From an uncultured Spirochaetota bacterium (GTDB taxonomy: Bacteria; Spirochaetota; Spirochaetia; SZUA-6; Fen-1364), in assembly GCA_963820525.1 (NCBI GenBank), contig CAWGAA010000001.1:2816001-2880000 (forward strand): DNA of 64,000 bases, read 5' to 3'. Below the pieces are notes generated by a model. That model saw only the letters and a program-made list of their open reading frames with translations, did no database searches and was not told where the DNA came from. Made by a program: the position numbers and the translations under genes. Positions 35,596-45,698 of the stretch are shown here, in pieces; positions within the stretch are counted from its first letter, which is position 1, and each line of letters begins with the position of its first letter.

Positions 35596-38253
35596 CTATA
35601 GCACCAGGTCCAGCACTTCGATGACCGCGCCCGCCGATGCGCGGGGGTTGGGGAAGCGTGAAAAGAGCGCCCCCGCCTCCAGCTTCGGCCCGGCGGCAAG
35701 CTCCAGCCGCAGGCTCTCCCCATTCATCCGATAGCGGGCATCCAGAAGGCCCTTCCGTTTTTTCGCCTTTTCGGAAACGATCATTCTATAGCCGTCAACG
35801 GACCGTTCGGTGGTGAAGGCCGTGTGCGTGGCGCGGAGGGCTTCCCCGATGGCCTCATCGGCTTTGGGGAAAAGCTCAAGGGGAAGCTCCAGGGCAAGGG
35901 CGATTGAAGAGAAGCTTCCGGCGGATATCTCACCGGGGGCGAGGAGCTGGAAGCGAGGCGCGGACGGGTTCCCCTGAGCGCCGAACGGCACACTCAGCGC
36001 CGCTTCGAGCTTCTGCCGGTCCCACGCCACGATCTCCACGATTCCGCATCCGAACCAGGACCCCGCAAACGCGGGCCCAAGCCAGGGAGAAACCACTACC
36101 TCGCGAACCCTGAGCACGTTTTCTAGCTCGCGAGGGCAGAGATCCAGAAAGCCGCGGAGGAGGACTGCATTCAGCCATTCGGAGCGCGCGGCGGCTGCTT
36201 CTCGTGGGATTGTCACGCGCGCGAACAGGGGATTCAGGCGCGCCTTTTGGCGCTCGAGGGCGGCCAATGCCTCGGCCGCTCGGACGGGGCGTGACGCGTG
36301 GAAGGCGGCGGTGGGCGGGGCACCCGGCGCGCGAGAGTTGCCCGCGAAGCCCGCAGGGGCCGCTTTGATGGGGCGGGCCGCGGCGCCCGGCGTGCGTGAG
36401 TCGCCTGAGGCGGCCGCCCGTGTGGCGCCACCCGCCCCGCCCGATGCGCCGGTCCTGGCGGCCTCTTTGGGTCTGGATGGGCCGCTCATGGTGCACCCCA
36501 GGCACTGCGCGCATCCCCTGGGGTTTCCGCGGCGGCAATAGCCCTCGTCGATTCCCGCCTTTGCCTGCTGGTAACGCTCGTAGAGGGATGACCGCTCCCG
36601 CTCTGTCTCCAGGAAGCCGAAGGCAAAGGGGAACCCTTCCGGCTTTTCGGCCTGGAGATCTTTCGCTTCCTCCCCGTTGCGTGAAAGCCATTCGTCGAGG
36701 ATCTCTCCGGCCTGGGGCGGAAACCGCCCGTCATAGACCGCTCCGCGTGATGCAAGCCGCTCCACGAGCCGCGTGACGGCGTATCCGCCCGCGGCAAGCA
36801 CCTGAGTGAGCCTGTAGTCGAGCATGCCCGCGGCCAGGCGGAACTCGAAGCCGTTGGTCTGGCAGATCGACTTTGCCCTTCCGATCCGGGGCCGCCATTC
36901 CTTCTCTTCGAGGATGAGCCCGTCGTAGCGCAGGGGGGTGAAGGGCATCCGCACCAGGAGCCCGAAGCTGAAGATGAAGCGGGGCGCGCGCTCCGCGGCC
37001 CGGCAGAGATCCTTGAGCCGGCGTACAAAGGCTGAAAGCTCTTCGAAGTCCTCCGTGGTTTCCCGCCCCGTGAGGAGGTAGAAGAGCTTCACCTCCCGCA
37101 CCTTCTTTTTCACAAGCGCCTCGACGATCCGGCTGATGTCCTTCTCCTCCAGGCTCTTGTGAAGGAATCTCCGCTTCGCCTCGCTCACCCCCTCGATCCC
37201 GATCGTGTAGCTCCTCTTGCCCGCGGCCGTCTCGACGTCCAGCAGGCCGGAGGTCCTGGCCAGGATGTCCGCCCTCTGGCTCATCGCGTTCACGCGAAGG
37301 AAGATCCTGCTCAGCCCGAGGAGAAGCTCGACGAGCCCTTCGTGAGTGTTGAAGTTGAAGCTTGAAACCTCAAGCGTCTCCGCGCCGCCTGCCGCCTTGA
37401 GCTCCCTGGCCTCCGCCAAAAGCGCCTCCACGGGAAGCTGGCGGAACGGCTTTCTGTCGAAGCCTTCGAAGCAGAAGGAGCATAGGCACGGGCAGCCCTT
37501 GGTGATCTCCAGCCGCGCGGATCCCGCCTCCTGGCCTGGAAGAAGGGGATACGGAAGGCCCGCGGCCGCCAGGGGGGGTTCCGAGCTGACCGCCCTCTTC
37601 ACCGTGCGCGAGAGGTCCCCGGCCGGCCACAGCCCATCGATCTGCCCGGCAATGGCCGAAAGCCGCTCGGCCTTGGCCAGGGCCGACATCTCCTTCCAGA
37701 GGGAGACGATCCTCGCCACGGCCCCTTCTCCCTCGCCGAAGAACAGGGCATCGGCCATGCAGTCGCCGTTCTCCTTCACCACCCCGTGCGCCGCGGCGCT
37801 GCTGGAACCGCCCAGGATGACCGCCGGCCACCGCGCCCCCCGCTCGCTGGCCCAGAGGGGAACCCCCGAGTGGAGGAAGAGGTAGGGAAGGTTCACCAGC
37901 TCTGGGACGCAAGAGTTGGACACCAGAAGAAGATCGAAGTCCGACAGGGGGCGATGAGACTGCGTCCCGATAATGAGGGGAAGCCCCGACTCCTCGAGGG
38001 CGGCCCTGTCGCCCGCCGGGGGAAGGAATGCCGTGTCCACGAACGAGCCGGGAACCCCGCGGCGGACCTCGCGGGAAAGGAAGAGGTGGGGGGTGGAGCG
38101 TTCCACGTCCTTGAAAGGAGACAGGCGCAGGATGAGCACGCCCAGAGCGCGCGCCTCCCATTGCGGGTTTCCGTAGGTCGGGTTGGGCCTGTAGAGCGGG
38201 GCATCGCGAAGGGAGGGGAGGCTCCCGCGAAAGAACTCATCGAACGGGGGCAT
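35596..38253 (-). CDS. Large radical SAM protein with extra C-terminal domain
   Basis: CxxxCxxC motif EITKGCPCLCSFC, second Cys cluster CRRGNPRGCAQCLGC, Ala/Pro/Arg-rich linker. Confidence 0.82.
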   Translation of the reverse strand: MPPFDEFFRGSLPSLRDAPLYRPNPTYGNPQWEARALGVLILRLSPFKDVERSTPHLFLSREVRRGVPGSFVDTAFLPPAGDRAALEESGLPLIIGTQSHRPLSDFDLLLVSNSCVPELVNLPYLFLHSGVPLWASERGARWPAVILGGSSSAAAHGVVKENGDCMADALFFGEGEGAVARIVSLWKEMSALAKAERLSAIAGQIDGLWPAGDLSRTVKRAVSSEPPLAAAGLPYPLLPGQEAGSARLEITKGCPCLCSFCFEGFDRKPFRQLPVEALLAEARELKAAGGAETLEVSSFNFNTHEGLVELLLGLSRIFLRVNAMSQRADILARTSGLLDVETAAGKRSYTIGIEGVSEAKRRFLHKSLEEKDISRIVEALVKKKVREVKLFYLLTGRETTEDFEELSAFVRRLKDLCRAAERAPRFIFSFGLLVRMPFTPLRYDGLILEEKEWRPRIGRAKSICQTNGFEFRLAAGMLDYRLTQVLAAGGYAVTRLVERLASRGAVYDGRFPPQAGEILDEWLSRNGEEAKDLQAEKPEGFPFAFGFLETERERSSLYERYQQAKAGIDEGYCRRGNPRGCAQCLGCTMSGPSRPKEAARTGASGGAGGATRAAASGDSRTPGAAARPIKAAPAGFAGNSRAPGAPPTAAFHASRPVRAAEALAALERQKARLNPLFARVTIPREAAAARSEWLNAVLLRGFLDLCPRELENVLRVREVVVSPWLGPAFAGSWFGCGIVEIVAWDRQKLEAALSVPFGAQGNPSAPRFQLLAPGEISAGSFSSIALALELPLELFPKADEAIGEALRATHTAFTTERSVDGYRMIVSEKAKKRKGLLDARYRMNGESLRLELAAGPKLEAGALFSRFPNPRASAGAVIEVLDLVL

Positions 38254-38360
38254 GAGGCGCGCTCACTATACCCTCAAGTCGGGGGGAAGGGAAGGGGATG
38301 GGAGCGGGCGCCGCGCCGGGATGCAGGGCCGCGCCGGGGTCCGGGGCCGCTCGATTTTTC

Positions 38361-38389
38361 TTGACGGCTTTGAAAGGTGAGCGTATCGT
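38361..38389 (+). promoter_or_regulatory. Sigma70-type promoter
   Basis: TTGACG-N17-TATCGT upstream of the GTG at 38415. Confidence 0.55.
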
Positions 38390-38414
38390 AAAAGGGAAGG
38401 GAGCCCGCACGGCC

Positions 38415-38942
38415 GTGATCCTCCTGATCCCCATCGGCGAGATCGATCGCGCGGTCCTGGAAAGCCTCAGGCATTCCATTTCCGAGGTATTTCACGAGCA
38501 GACGGATGCGGCAGGCGCCATACCGCTTCCCGCGGAGAGCTGGAACCGGCGCCGCGAGCAATACGACGCCGACATCGTGCTTGGCGGCATCCCCCTGCCC
38601 GCGGAAGGCATGAGGGTCCTCGCGGTAGCCGGCGTCGACCTTTTTTCTCACGGGGTGAACTTCGTCTTCGGAGCCGCCGATGCGCTGAAGCGCAGGGCGG
38701 TCATCTCGCTGTTCCGCCTCAGGCAGGAAATCTACTATCTCCCCCACGATGACGCGCTCTTGAAAAAACGGGCTCTTACGGAAGCGGTGCACGAGCTCGG
38801 CCACACCTATGGCCTGGGCCACTGCGCTTCGCAATCCTGCGTGATGCATTTCTCCAACAACCTCGCGGAGACCGACACCAAGGGATGGAAGCTGTGCCGG
38901 GACTGCAGGGAGAACCTGGAAAAGGGCAGCGAGGCGCGGTAA
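38415..38942 (+). CDS. Archaemetzincin family Zn-dependent metalloprotease (M54)
   Basis: RREQYDA, NFVFG and HELGHTYGLGHC...CVMHFSN...LCRDC. Confidence 0.9.
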   Translation: MILLIPIGEIDRAVLESLRHSISEVFHEQTDAAGAIPLPAESWNRRREQYDADIVLGGIPLPAEGMRVLAVAGVDLFSHGVNFVFGAADALKRRAVISLFRLRQEIYYLPHDDALLKKRALTEAVHELGHTYGLGHCASQSCVMHFSNNLAETDTKGWKLCRDCRENLEKGSEAR

Positions 38943-38960
38943 GCCTTCCGCCCGTTCGAG

Positions 38961-40205
38961 CTACCCCCAGACCCCGGAATCGGGGCACCATCCGTCCTCG
39001 CCCACAAGGGGAATCTCTTTTTCCGTCATCTCGATTCGCTTGCAGCCCGACAGCTCCCGCTTGATGGCCTCTGAAACATAGAGCTCGCCGATGTGGAGGG
39101 TGTCGCGGATGCGGATGATCCTCTCTTCGCCTTCCTCCCGGGGACCGCACGCGCGCATACAAAACTCGAGGGCCCGGCCGTCGTCCTCCGCAACGACCGG
39201 CACCTTGGCTCTTTCCAGGAAAGTGCTGGTGTAGACGTTCTCGTACATCGGATGGTAGTCGATCTTGGAGAAGAGCCTGCGCGTCGTCACCTCCGCGAAT
39301 CCGACCCCGAGCGCGTTTCCGTGCGAGCCGGGAGTGAGGTCCCGTGCCATGATGGCCCCGATGCGGGGCCGCTCGGGCTCGGGCTCTCCCCTGATTGCGA
39401 GCCTGCCGATGACATTGGGATCCATCCCGGTCCCGCTGATGTCCTTTCCAATGAAATCGACAATGAGGATGTCCGCTTCATCCACCGGAAGGGAAGGCAT
39501 GAGGAGGCGGGCCGTGTCCAGGAGGCCGGGCTCGGCGTCCATGATCCGGCCGGCGGGGAGGGCCGTGATGACGGCCGGACTGTCGAAGGCGTTCTCCACG
39601 ATGGCAATCCCGCCGATGACCTTGCCGGTCTTCAGTATCCTTCGGGCGCACTCCGGCATGAGCTCCTTCAGGCCCCTCACCCCGAAGCGGTGGATCTCCA
39701 GGGCCTGGGCGTGCTTTCCCAGCCCCAGAACGCACATCTTGGCCAGGCCGCTTTCATAGCGGCCGTGGAAGTCGGTATGGGGCTTCACCCGGTTAATGAG
39801 GATCACGCCGTCGGAGCTCCACGCCTGGGCGTCCATGAAAAGCTTCAGGGGAAGGCCTCGAGAGTCAAGCTCCACCGTTTCCATGGACGAGCGGACCGGC
39901 GCGCCGGTTCTCCGCTCGTCTATTCCGTAGGAGGCGAGGATCCCGCTCTGGCCCTCGGCGGTCGCCCCGCCATGGCTTCCCATCGCGGGCACGATGAAGG
40001 GCCGGCATCCGGCCTGGAGGAGCCACTGCACCGCGGCGCGGACCATCGTGTCGATGCCGCAGATCCCGCGGCTTCCAATGGCGAGCGCGATGGAGGAGCC
40101 GGGCTTGATGAGGGGGCCGAGCTTCTCAAGCTCTTTCCGCACCGCGGACGCCGCATCGGATATGGCGGTTGGATCGAAGCGCTGGATCACCTTCGTGAGC
40201 TTCAT
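38961..40205 (-). CDS. LarA-superfamily (lactate racemase domain/DUF362-like) protein
   Basis: GSRGI, PAMGSHGGAT, NRVKPHTDF, GKDISGTGMDPN and SHGNALGVG. Confidence 0.75.
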   Translation of the reverse strand: MKLTKVIQRFDPTAISDAASAVRKELEKLGPLIKPGSSIALAIGSRGICGIDTMVRAAVQWLLQAGCRPFIVPAMGSHGGATAEGQSGILASYGIDERRTGAPVRSSMETVELDSRGLPLKLFMDAQAWSSDGVILINRVKPHTDFHGRYESGLAKMCVLGLGKHAQALEIHRFGVRGLKELMPECARRILKTGKVIGGIAIVENAFDSPAVITALPAGRIMDAEPGLLDTARLLMPSLPVDEADILIVDFIGKDISGTGMDPNVIGRLAIRGEPEPERPRIGAIMARDLTPGSHGNALGVGFAEVTTRRLFSKIDYHPMYENVYTSTFLERAKVPVVAEDDGRALEFCMRACGPREEGEERIIRIRDTLHIGELYVSEAIKRELSGCKRIEMTEKEIPLVGEDGWCPDSGVWG

Positions 40206-40285
40206 ACGCCGGGGTAGTATGCCCCGCGAGGGCATGCTTCGCAAGCAACTTTACTTTCCCAAACCCTCTTTCTATACTCCGCGCA

Positions 40286-41398
40286 GTGCCGTTGTCGATT
40301 TTTCTCACCTCGGATCTCCACCTCGGAATGAAGTTCGCCGGCCTGCCCGAGGTCCGGGAGGAGCTCTGTGAAGCCCGCTTCGCATGTCTCCAGCGGCTTG
40401 TTTCCCTGTCAAACCAGCGCCGCTCGGATCTGCTGGTAATCGCCGGAGACCTCTTCGAGAGGATCTCGGTCTCCCGGCGCGACGTGGAGCGGGCGGCCGA
40501 GATGCTCCGCGATTTTCAGGGCAGGCTCGTCGCGGTCCTTCCCGGAAACCACGATTACCTCTCACCCGAGGACGAGTTGTGGAAGCGTTTCCGGCAGGCG
40601 AGCGGAGACGCCGTCCTCCTCCTGGAAGAGCGAAAGCCCTACGGCCTGGCGCACTTCGGCATCGACGCCTGCCTATATCCGGGCACCTGCTTCTCCAAGC
40701 ATTCCAAGGCCAACGCCATCGGGTGGGTGGGGACGATCCAGCGGGACCGCTCCCTGGCGCGCCATATCGGCGTGGCCCATGGAAGCCTGGAAGGGTTCTC
40801 CCCCGACTTCAACGGCGATTACTATCCCATGAGCTCCGCGGAGCTCATGGGAAGCGGATTGGACCTCTGGCTCCTGGGCCATACCCACGTGCTCTTCCCC
40901 CGGAAGCCGGGATCGAGGGACCGGATCTTCTATGCCGGTACTCCCGAGCCCGACGGCTTCGACTGCGCTCACGAGGGGTATGCATTGTCCATTTCCATTG
41001 GAGATGACGGCGCGCTCTCCTCCGAGGCTCTTCCCACGGGCGCCTACAGGTTCCTGCATGAAGAGGCCGAGATCCGTGACGCGGGCGGGCTTTCAGCCAT
41101 CGAGAAGCGCTACTCAGGCCCCGAGGCGAAACGCGTGCTGCTGAAGGCCGTCCTGAGGGGGCGCCTTCCCCCCGAAGCGCATCCCGAGCTTGAGCGCGTG
41201 CGTGAAAGGCTCTCCAAGAGGCTCATGCATCTGGAGTGGGACGCGGACGGGGTGCGGGAGGAGATATCCCGGCAGGCCATCGATGATGAATATCCCGAAG
41301 GTTCCTTCCCCCATCGCCTCCTGGTTGAAATCTCCGGCTCGGCGGATACGGAGGCACTCCAGCTCGCCTATGAGCTTCTCCACGAGGCCCGAAGATGA
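40286..41398 (+). CDS. SbcD/Mre11-like metallophosphoesterase nuclease
   Basis: DLHLG, AGDLF, PGNHD, AHGS and LGHTH. Confidence 0.9.
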   Translation: MPLSIFLTSDLHLGMKFAGLPEVREELCEARFACLQRLVSLSNQRRSDLLVIAGDLFERISVSRRDVERAAEMLRDFQGRLVAVLPGNHDYLSPEDELWKRFRQASGDAVLLLEERKPYGLAHFGIDACLYPGTCFSKHSKANAIGWVGTIQRDRSLARHIGVAHGSLEGFSPDFNGDYYPMSSAELMGSGLDLWLLGHTHVLFPRKPGSRDRIFYAGTPEPDGFDCAHEGYALSISIGDDGALSSEALPTGAYRFLHEEAEIRDAGGLSAIEKRYSGPEAKRVLLKAVLRGRLPPEAHPELERVRERLSKRLMHLEWDADGVREEISRQAIDDEYPEGSFPHRLLVEISGSADTEALQLAYELLHEARR

Positions 41399-43815
41399 TC
41401 GTGCGAAGGCTGCGGGTGAGCCCATTCGGCTTTTTCGCCGACAGAGAGGTCCGGTTTCTTCCCGGATTGAACGTGGTGGTGGGTCCCAACGAGGCGGGAA
41501 AGTCCACTCTCTTTCATGCCATTCGAAGCTCCCTGCTCAGGACCAAGATGCCCCGGAACAAGTTTGCCCAGCTCTTGGAGAGGTTTCTCCCGGCAGGCGG
41601 AGGGGACACCCTTCGGGTGGAGCTTGAGTTCGAGGCTCAGGGAGGCGCGTACCTCCTGCGGCGAAAGTGGGGGCCCCATCCCGCCTCCGAGCTCACGCTT
41701 CCCGGCGGAGGATCTCTCACCGACGAGGACGCCGTGAGCGCGAAGCTCGAGTCCATCCTTCCGGCAAGGCCAGGCACCTTCTGGAAGGTCCTCATGACGG
41801 GACAGGCCGAGCTCATGGCCACGATAGATTCCCTGAAGAAGGAAGCTTCCGACAGCCTTTCAGATCTGGACAATACGCTGCGCGCCGCGGTCCTGGAAAC
41901 GGGGGGCGTATCGGTTGACCGCTTCCGGGAGCTTCTCTCGCGGGAGCTTGCGCGGTCTGACAGCCGTTGGGACGCGGCCCGAGGAGCCCCCGAAGATGGG
42001 CGCGGCATCGAGAGGCCCTGGAAGAAGGAGGTGGGCGAGATCCTCGCCGCCTGCTATGCCAGAGAGACCGCCACGGCGGCACACCGGGCGGCGCGCCGCC
42101 ATGAAGACGAGCTGGACGGTCTCAACGCTGCCCTCCGGCAGGCATCGGCCGATGCGGCCGATGCCCAGCGCTTCCTCTCGGACAACGGGAAGGCGGCGGG
42201 AGACGCACGGGAAAGGATCATCCTCGAGGCAAGGCTCCAGGCCATCCGGGCCGGGGCGGAGAAGCTGAAGAGGGCGGGCAGGGAGTGGCCCGTTTCCGAG
42301 AGCCGGGCGGCGGAGCTCCAGAAGGCCATCGCATCCCTGGAGGAGCGAAGACCTGTGCTGGAGCGGGAAAGAGACGACGCCGCCAGGGCGGAGAAGGCGA
42401 GAAAGCTTGCGGAGAGGCTCCAGAGGATCTCCCGCCGCGCGGCGGCCCTCAAGAAGGCGCGGGAAAAGCTCGCCGGTTTTCCAAGCCTCGATCGAAAGGA
42501 GCTGGAGAAGATCCGTGAGGCATCGCGCGCAGTGGAGCTTCTCCAGAAGGGAGCCGAATCCGGGAGGCTGTCCGTAACCGTCACCGCCAAAGAGGATCTC
42601 GTCGTGAGCGTTCAGCAGGACAACCTGCCGGCGGGCAGGCGGGAGCTTCAAAAGGGAAAGACGGAGAGCTTCGAGGCCGCCGGAAGGCTGCGCATCACCC
42701 ATCAGGCGATGGAGATGGAAGTGAGATCCGCAGATGCAGATTCCGAGCGCCTCCGCAGGGAGCTTGCCGACGGCAGGCGGCGTCTGGAGGCCCTCCTGGC
42801 GGCCAAAGGGGTAAAGGACCCCGCCGAGGCCGAAGAGCGGTGCTGCCGGGGAGAGCTTCTGGGCGCCGAGCTTGAGGCCGCGGAGCGCGGCCTTGAGGAA
42901 GAGCTCGCCGGCGAAACGCTTGACAGCATGGAGAAGCTCTCTCTTTCACTCGGCCCCGTGGTGGAAACGCGGGCTTCCGCGGAAATCGAAAAGGACCTGG
43001 CGCGCCTGGAGGCCGAGATCGAGGGAAAGAAACGGGAGCGGGAAGAGCTTTTATCCCGCATTGCGGAATGGAGGTCGGAGTACGGGACCGCTGAAAAGCT
43101 CATCGATGCGCTGGCGGATTCGCGGCGCGGTGAAAGCGACCTGTCCGCCCGGATCGCCGCGTGCGCTCCTCTTCCCGACGGCTTCCCCGACGCTTCCTCC
43201 CTCATCCGTGAGTTCGAGAAGATGCAGGCCCAGGCCGAGGGGCATGCGAGTCGGAGAACCGAGCTTCTCTTGAAAAAAGCGGAGCTGGAAGGGAGGGCTC
43301 CCGACGTCTCCGCCGAGGAGCTCTCCGCGCAGGTGGAGGAGGCGAATGCCCGCTTTCTTCAGGCGTCCCGGCGTGGGGAAGCGCTTCGAAGGGTTTCCGC
43401 GGTGGCAGGCAGGCTTCTTGAAAAAAGCGATTCGGCGGTCTTTGCGGGCCTTCGGGGAGAGCTGGAGCGCATCGTTTCGAGCATGACGGCTGACAGATAC
43501 AGGAAGGTGCCGATGGACGGCTCCCTGCCCAGCGGCCTGGAAGCGGAGAGCGGCACGCGGCTCTCGTGGGACATGCTTTCCGCGGGAACCAAGGACGTCC
43601 TCGCCCTCGCTCTCCGGCTCGCCATGGCCGCTCATTTTCTCGGTGAGGCGCCGGGGTTCCTCATGATGGACGATCCGCTGGTGGACATGGATCCCGTTCG
43701 CCAGGAGGCGGCCGCTCGGGCGCTCTCCCTCTTCGCGCAGAAAAGGCAGCTCCTGCTTTTCACCTGCCACCCCCGCCACGCCGAGCTATTCGGCGGGAAC
43801 AGGATCGAACTCTAG
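41395..43815 (+). CDS. SbcC/Rad50 (YhaN-like) coiled-coil ABC ATPase
   Basis: GPNEAGKST, long coiled coil, LSAGT, MMDDP and FTCH; ATGA overlap with the nuclease gene. Confidence 0.88.
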   Translation: MIVRRLRVSPFGFFADREVRFLPGLNVVVGPNEAGKSTLFHAIRSSLLRTKMPRNKFAQLLERFLPAGGGDTLRVELEFEAQGGAYLLRRKWGPHPASELTLPGGGSLTDEDAVSAKLESILPARPGTFWKVLMTGQAELMATIDSLKKEASDSLSDLDNTLRAAVLETGGVSVDRFRELLSRELARSDSRWDAARGAPEDGRGIERPWKKEVGEILAACYARETATAAHRAARRHEDELDGLNAALRQASADAADAQRFLSDNGKAAGDARERIILEARLQAIRAGAEKLKRAGREWPVSESRAAELQKAIASLEERRPVLERERDDAARAEKARKLAERLQRISRRAAALKKAREKLAGFPSLDRKELEKIREASRAVELLQKGAESGRLSVTVTAKEDLVVSVQQDNLPAGRRELQKGKTESFEAAGRLRITHQAMEMEVRSADADSERLRRELADGRRRLEALLAAKGVKDPAEAEERCCRGELLGAELEAAERGLEEELAGETLDSMEKLSLSLGPVVETRASAEIEKDLARLEAEIEGKKREREELLSRIAEWRSEYGTAEKLIDALADSRRGESDLSARIAACAPLPDGFPDASSLIREFEKMQAQAEGHASRRTELLLKKAELEGRAPDVSAEELSAQVEEANARFLQASRRGEALRRVSAVAGRLLEKSDSAVFAGLRGELERIVSSMTADRYRKVPMDGSLPSGLEAESGTRLSWDMLSAGTKDVLALALRLAMAAHFLGEAPGFLMMDDPLVDMDPVRQEAAARALSLFAQKRQLLLFTCHPRHAELFGGNRIEL

Positions 43816-43862
43816 GTGACAGTTATGCGCCCTTTGCGTGTTTCATAGCAGAGGGTACAGCA

Positions 43863-44657
43863 ATGAAGAGATCTATTATCGTTTCAGTAATGGCCGCGGC
43901 AGTTCTGTTTCTCGCCGCAGGCTGCGACTTATTCAAGGTAGTGAGAGGGTCGGGATTCCTGATCACCAGGAGCTACGAGTTTTCCGGCTTCTCCAAGATC
44001 GAAGCGGATGAAACCTTTACGGTGCACATCGTGCCCGATACGGCATACTCGGTCCAGGTGACCTGTGACGACAACCTCCTGGAATACCTCGAGGTCTCCC
44101 AGGAGTATGACAAGGTGCGGCTGAGCCTTCAGCCCTTCATCAACTACCGCAACATCACCGTGTCCGCCGAAGTGCACATGCCCATGCTTTCCGGTCTCGT
44201 GGTTTCCGGCGCCTCCCTGGCAAAGATCGATTCGGGGTTCGCGGCCCCTTCCCAACCCTTGAGCGTCAACGTTTCGGGGGCGAGCACGGTCCAGGCTGCG
44301 CAGATCAGCTGCGGGGCGCTGTCGATGGACGTCTCGGGTGCAAGCGATGTATCGGTCACCGCCCTCGGCGCGGCTTCTCTCTCCGCCGACGTGTCGGGCG
44401 CGAGCACGCTCACCATGGGAGGAAGCATCGGGGGCGAGACCCTGCACGTGTCGGGGGCGAGCGGCGCTAACCTGCTTGCGTGCCTTGCAAGCGGGGCAAA
44501 CGCGTACATCAGCGGGGCGAGCAAGGCCTGGGTGAACGTGGGAAGCGGCCCCATCTCCGCTTCCGTGAGCGGCGCCTCGACGCTCTATTATACGGGAAGC
44601 CCGGCAATCATCGTCATGGAGCTTTCCGGAGAATCCCATATCGTCAAAGTGAACTGA
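43863..44657 (+). CDS. DUF2807 (GIN domain) lipoprotein
   Basis: Lipobox LAAGC, VRGSG, DDNLL and repeated VSGAS turns. Confidence 0.85.
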   Translation: MKRSIIVSVMAAAVLFLAAGCDLFKVVRGSGFLITRSYEFSGFSKIEADETFTVHIVPDTAYSVQVTCDDNLLEYLEVSQEYDKVRLSLQPFINYRNITVSAEVHMPMLSGLVVSGASLAKIDSGFAAPSQPLSVNVSGASTVQAAQISCGALSMDVSGASDVSVTALGAASLSADVSGASTLTMGGSIGGETLHVSGASGANLLACLASGANAYISGASKAWVNVGSGPISASVSGASTLYYTGSPAIIVMELSGESHIVKVN

Positions 44658-44706
44658 AGAATAATCCCGGTGGCGGGGAGGTGGCAGTCGGGCGATCGCG
44701 ACGTGG

Positions 44707-45615
44707 TCACTTCCCCGCTTTTATGAAGGTCCCGTTATAGTATTCGTCGAACGCGACGCGAAGCTCTTCCTGGGTGTTCATCACGATGGGTCCGTACCAC
44801 GCCACCGGCTCGCCGATCGGCCTTCCTGAAAGCAGCAGGAACCGGACAGGCTGATCCTCGGTCGTGACGGCGAGCTCTTCCCCGTCCTCGAAGAGGATGA
44901 CGCTCCCGTCGGTCACGAACGCTTCTCTCTGCAAATCGAAGTAGTTGGCCCCTTCCACGTCGTAGCCGAAAGGGTTTTCCTCCCGGCAGAAGCGCGCCTT
45001 GCCGTCGATCACGTAGGCCAGCACGGTATTTCCCGGCCTGGTTGCCCGGAGGAACTCGCTCGCCGGCGGCACCGTGATGTCGAGGTACTCCGGCTCGATC
45101 ACTACGTCGCGCACCGGGCCGCGCACTCCATCGACCTCCCCCGAGATGATCCCGATGGCGGCTCCGCCGGACTCCACGCGCGGAATGCTTTCGGCCTTCA
45201 CGTCCCTGTAGCGGGGGTCCATCATCTTGTTGGAAGCGGGCAGGTTGGCCCAGAGCTGGAATCCGCCCATCACGCCCTTCCCGTCTCCCTTGGGCATCTC
45301 CTGGTGGATGATTCCGCTTCCGGCGGTCATCCATTGGACGTCTCCCGAGTCGATGGTGCCCGCATTGCCCAGGCTGTCGCCGTGCTCCACCCGTCCCGTA
45401 AGAACGTAGGTGATCGTCTCGATGCCGCGATGGGGATGCCAGGGAAAACCCTTGAGGTAATGCCGGGGATTGGTGGAGCGGAAATCGTCGAGGAGCAAAA
45501 ACGGATCGAATGCCGGCGCCTCGCTGAAGCCGAACGCCCTCTTCAGATAGACGCCGGCTCCCTCGATCGTGGGCTTGCTTTTTATGACCTTCCGGATTCT
45601 GCGACTTTTCGCCAT
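44707..45615 (-). CDS. Pirin family protein
   Basis: DPFLLLDDF, HPHRGIETITY, MTAGSGIIHQE and YGPIVMNT. Confidence 0.93.
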   Translation of the reverse strand: MAKSRRIRKVIKSKPTIEGAGVYLKRAFGFSEAPAFDPFLLLDDFRSTNPRHYLKGFPWHPHRGIETITYVLTGRVEHGDSLGNAGTIDSGDVQWMTAGSGIIHQEMPKGDGKGVMGGFQLWANLPASNKMMDPRYRDVKAESIPRVESGGAAIGIISGEVDGVRGPVRDVVIEPEYLDITVPPASEFLRATRPGNTVLAYVIDGKARFCREENPFGYDVEGANYFDLQREAFVTDGSVILFEDGEELAVTTEDQPVRFLLLSGRPIGEPVAWYGPIVMNTQEELRVAFDEYYNGTFIKAGK

Positions 45616-45698
45616 CTGTCCATCCCCCCTTTTTTCATGCTTTCATAAAAAATACTCACTTCCCGCCTCCCGCGCCAACAAACACGTTCCCGCCGGCA

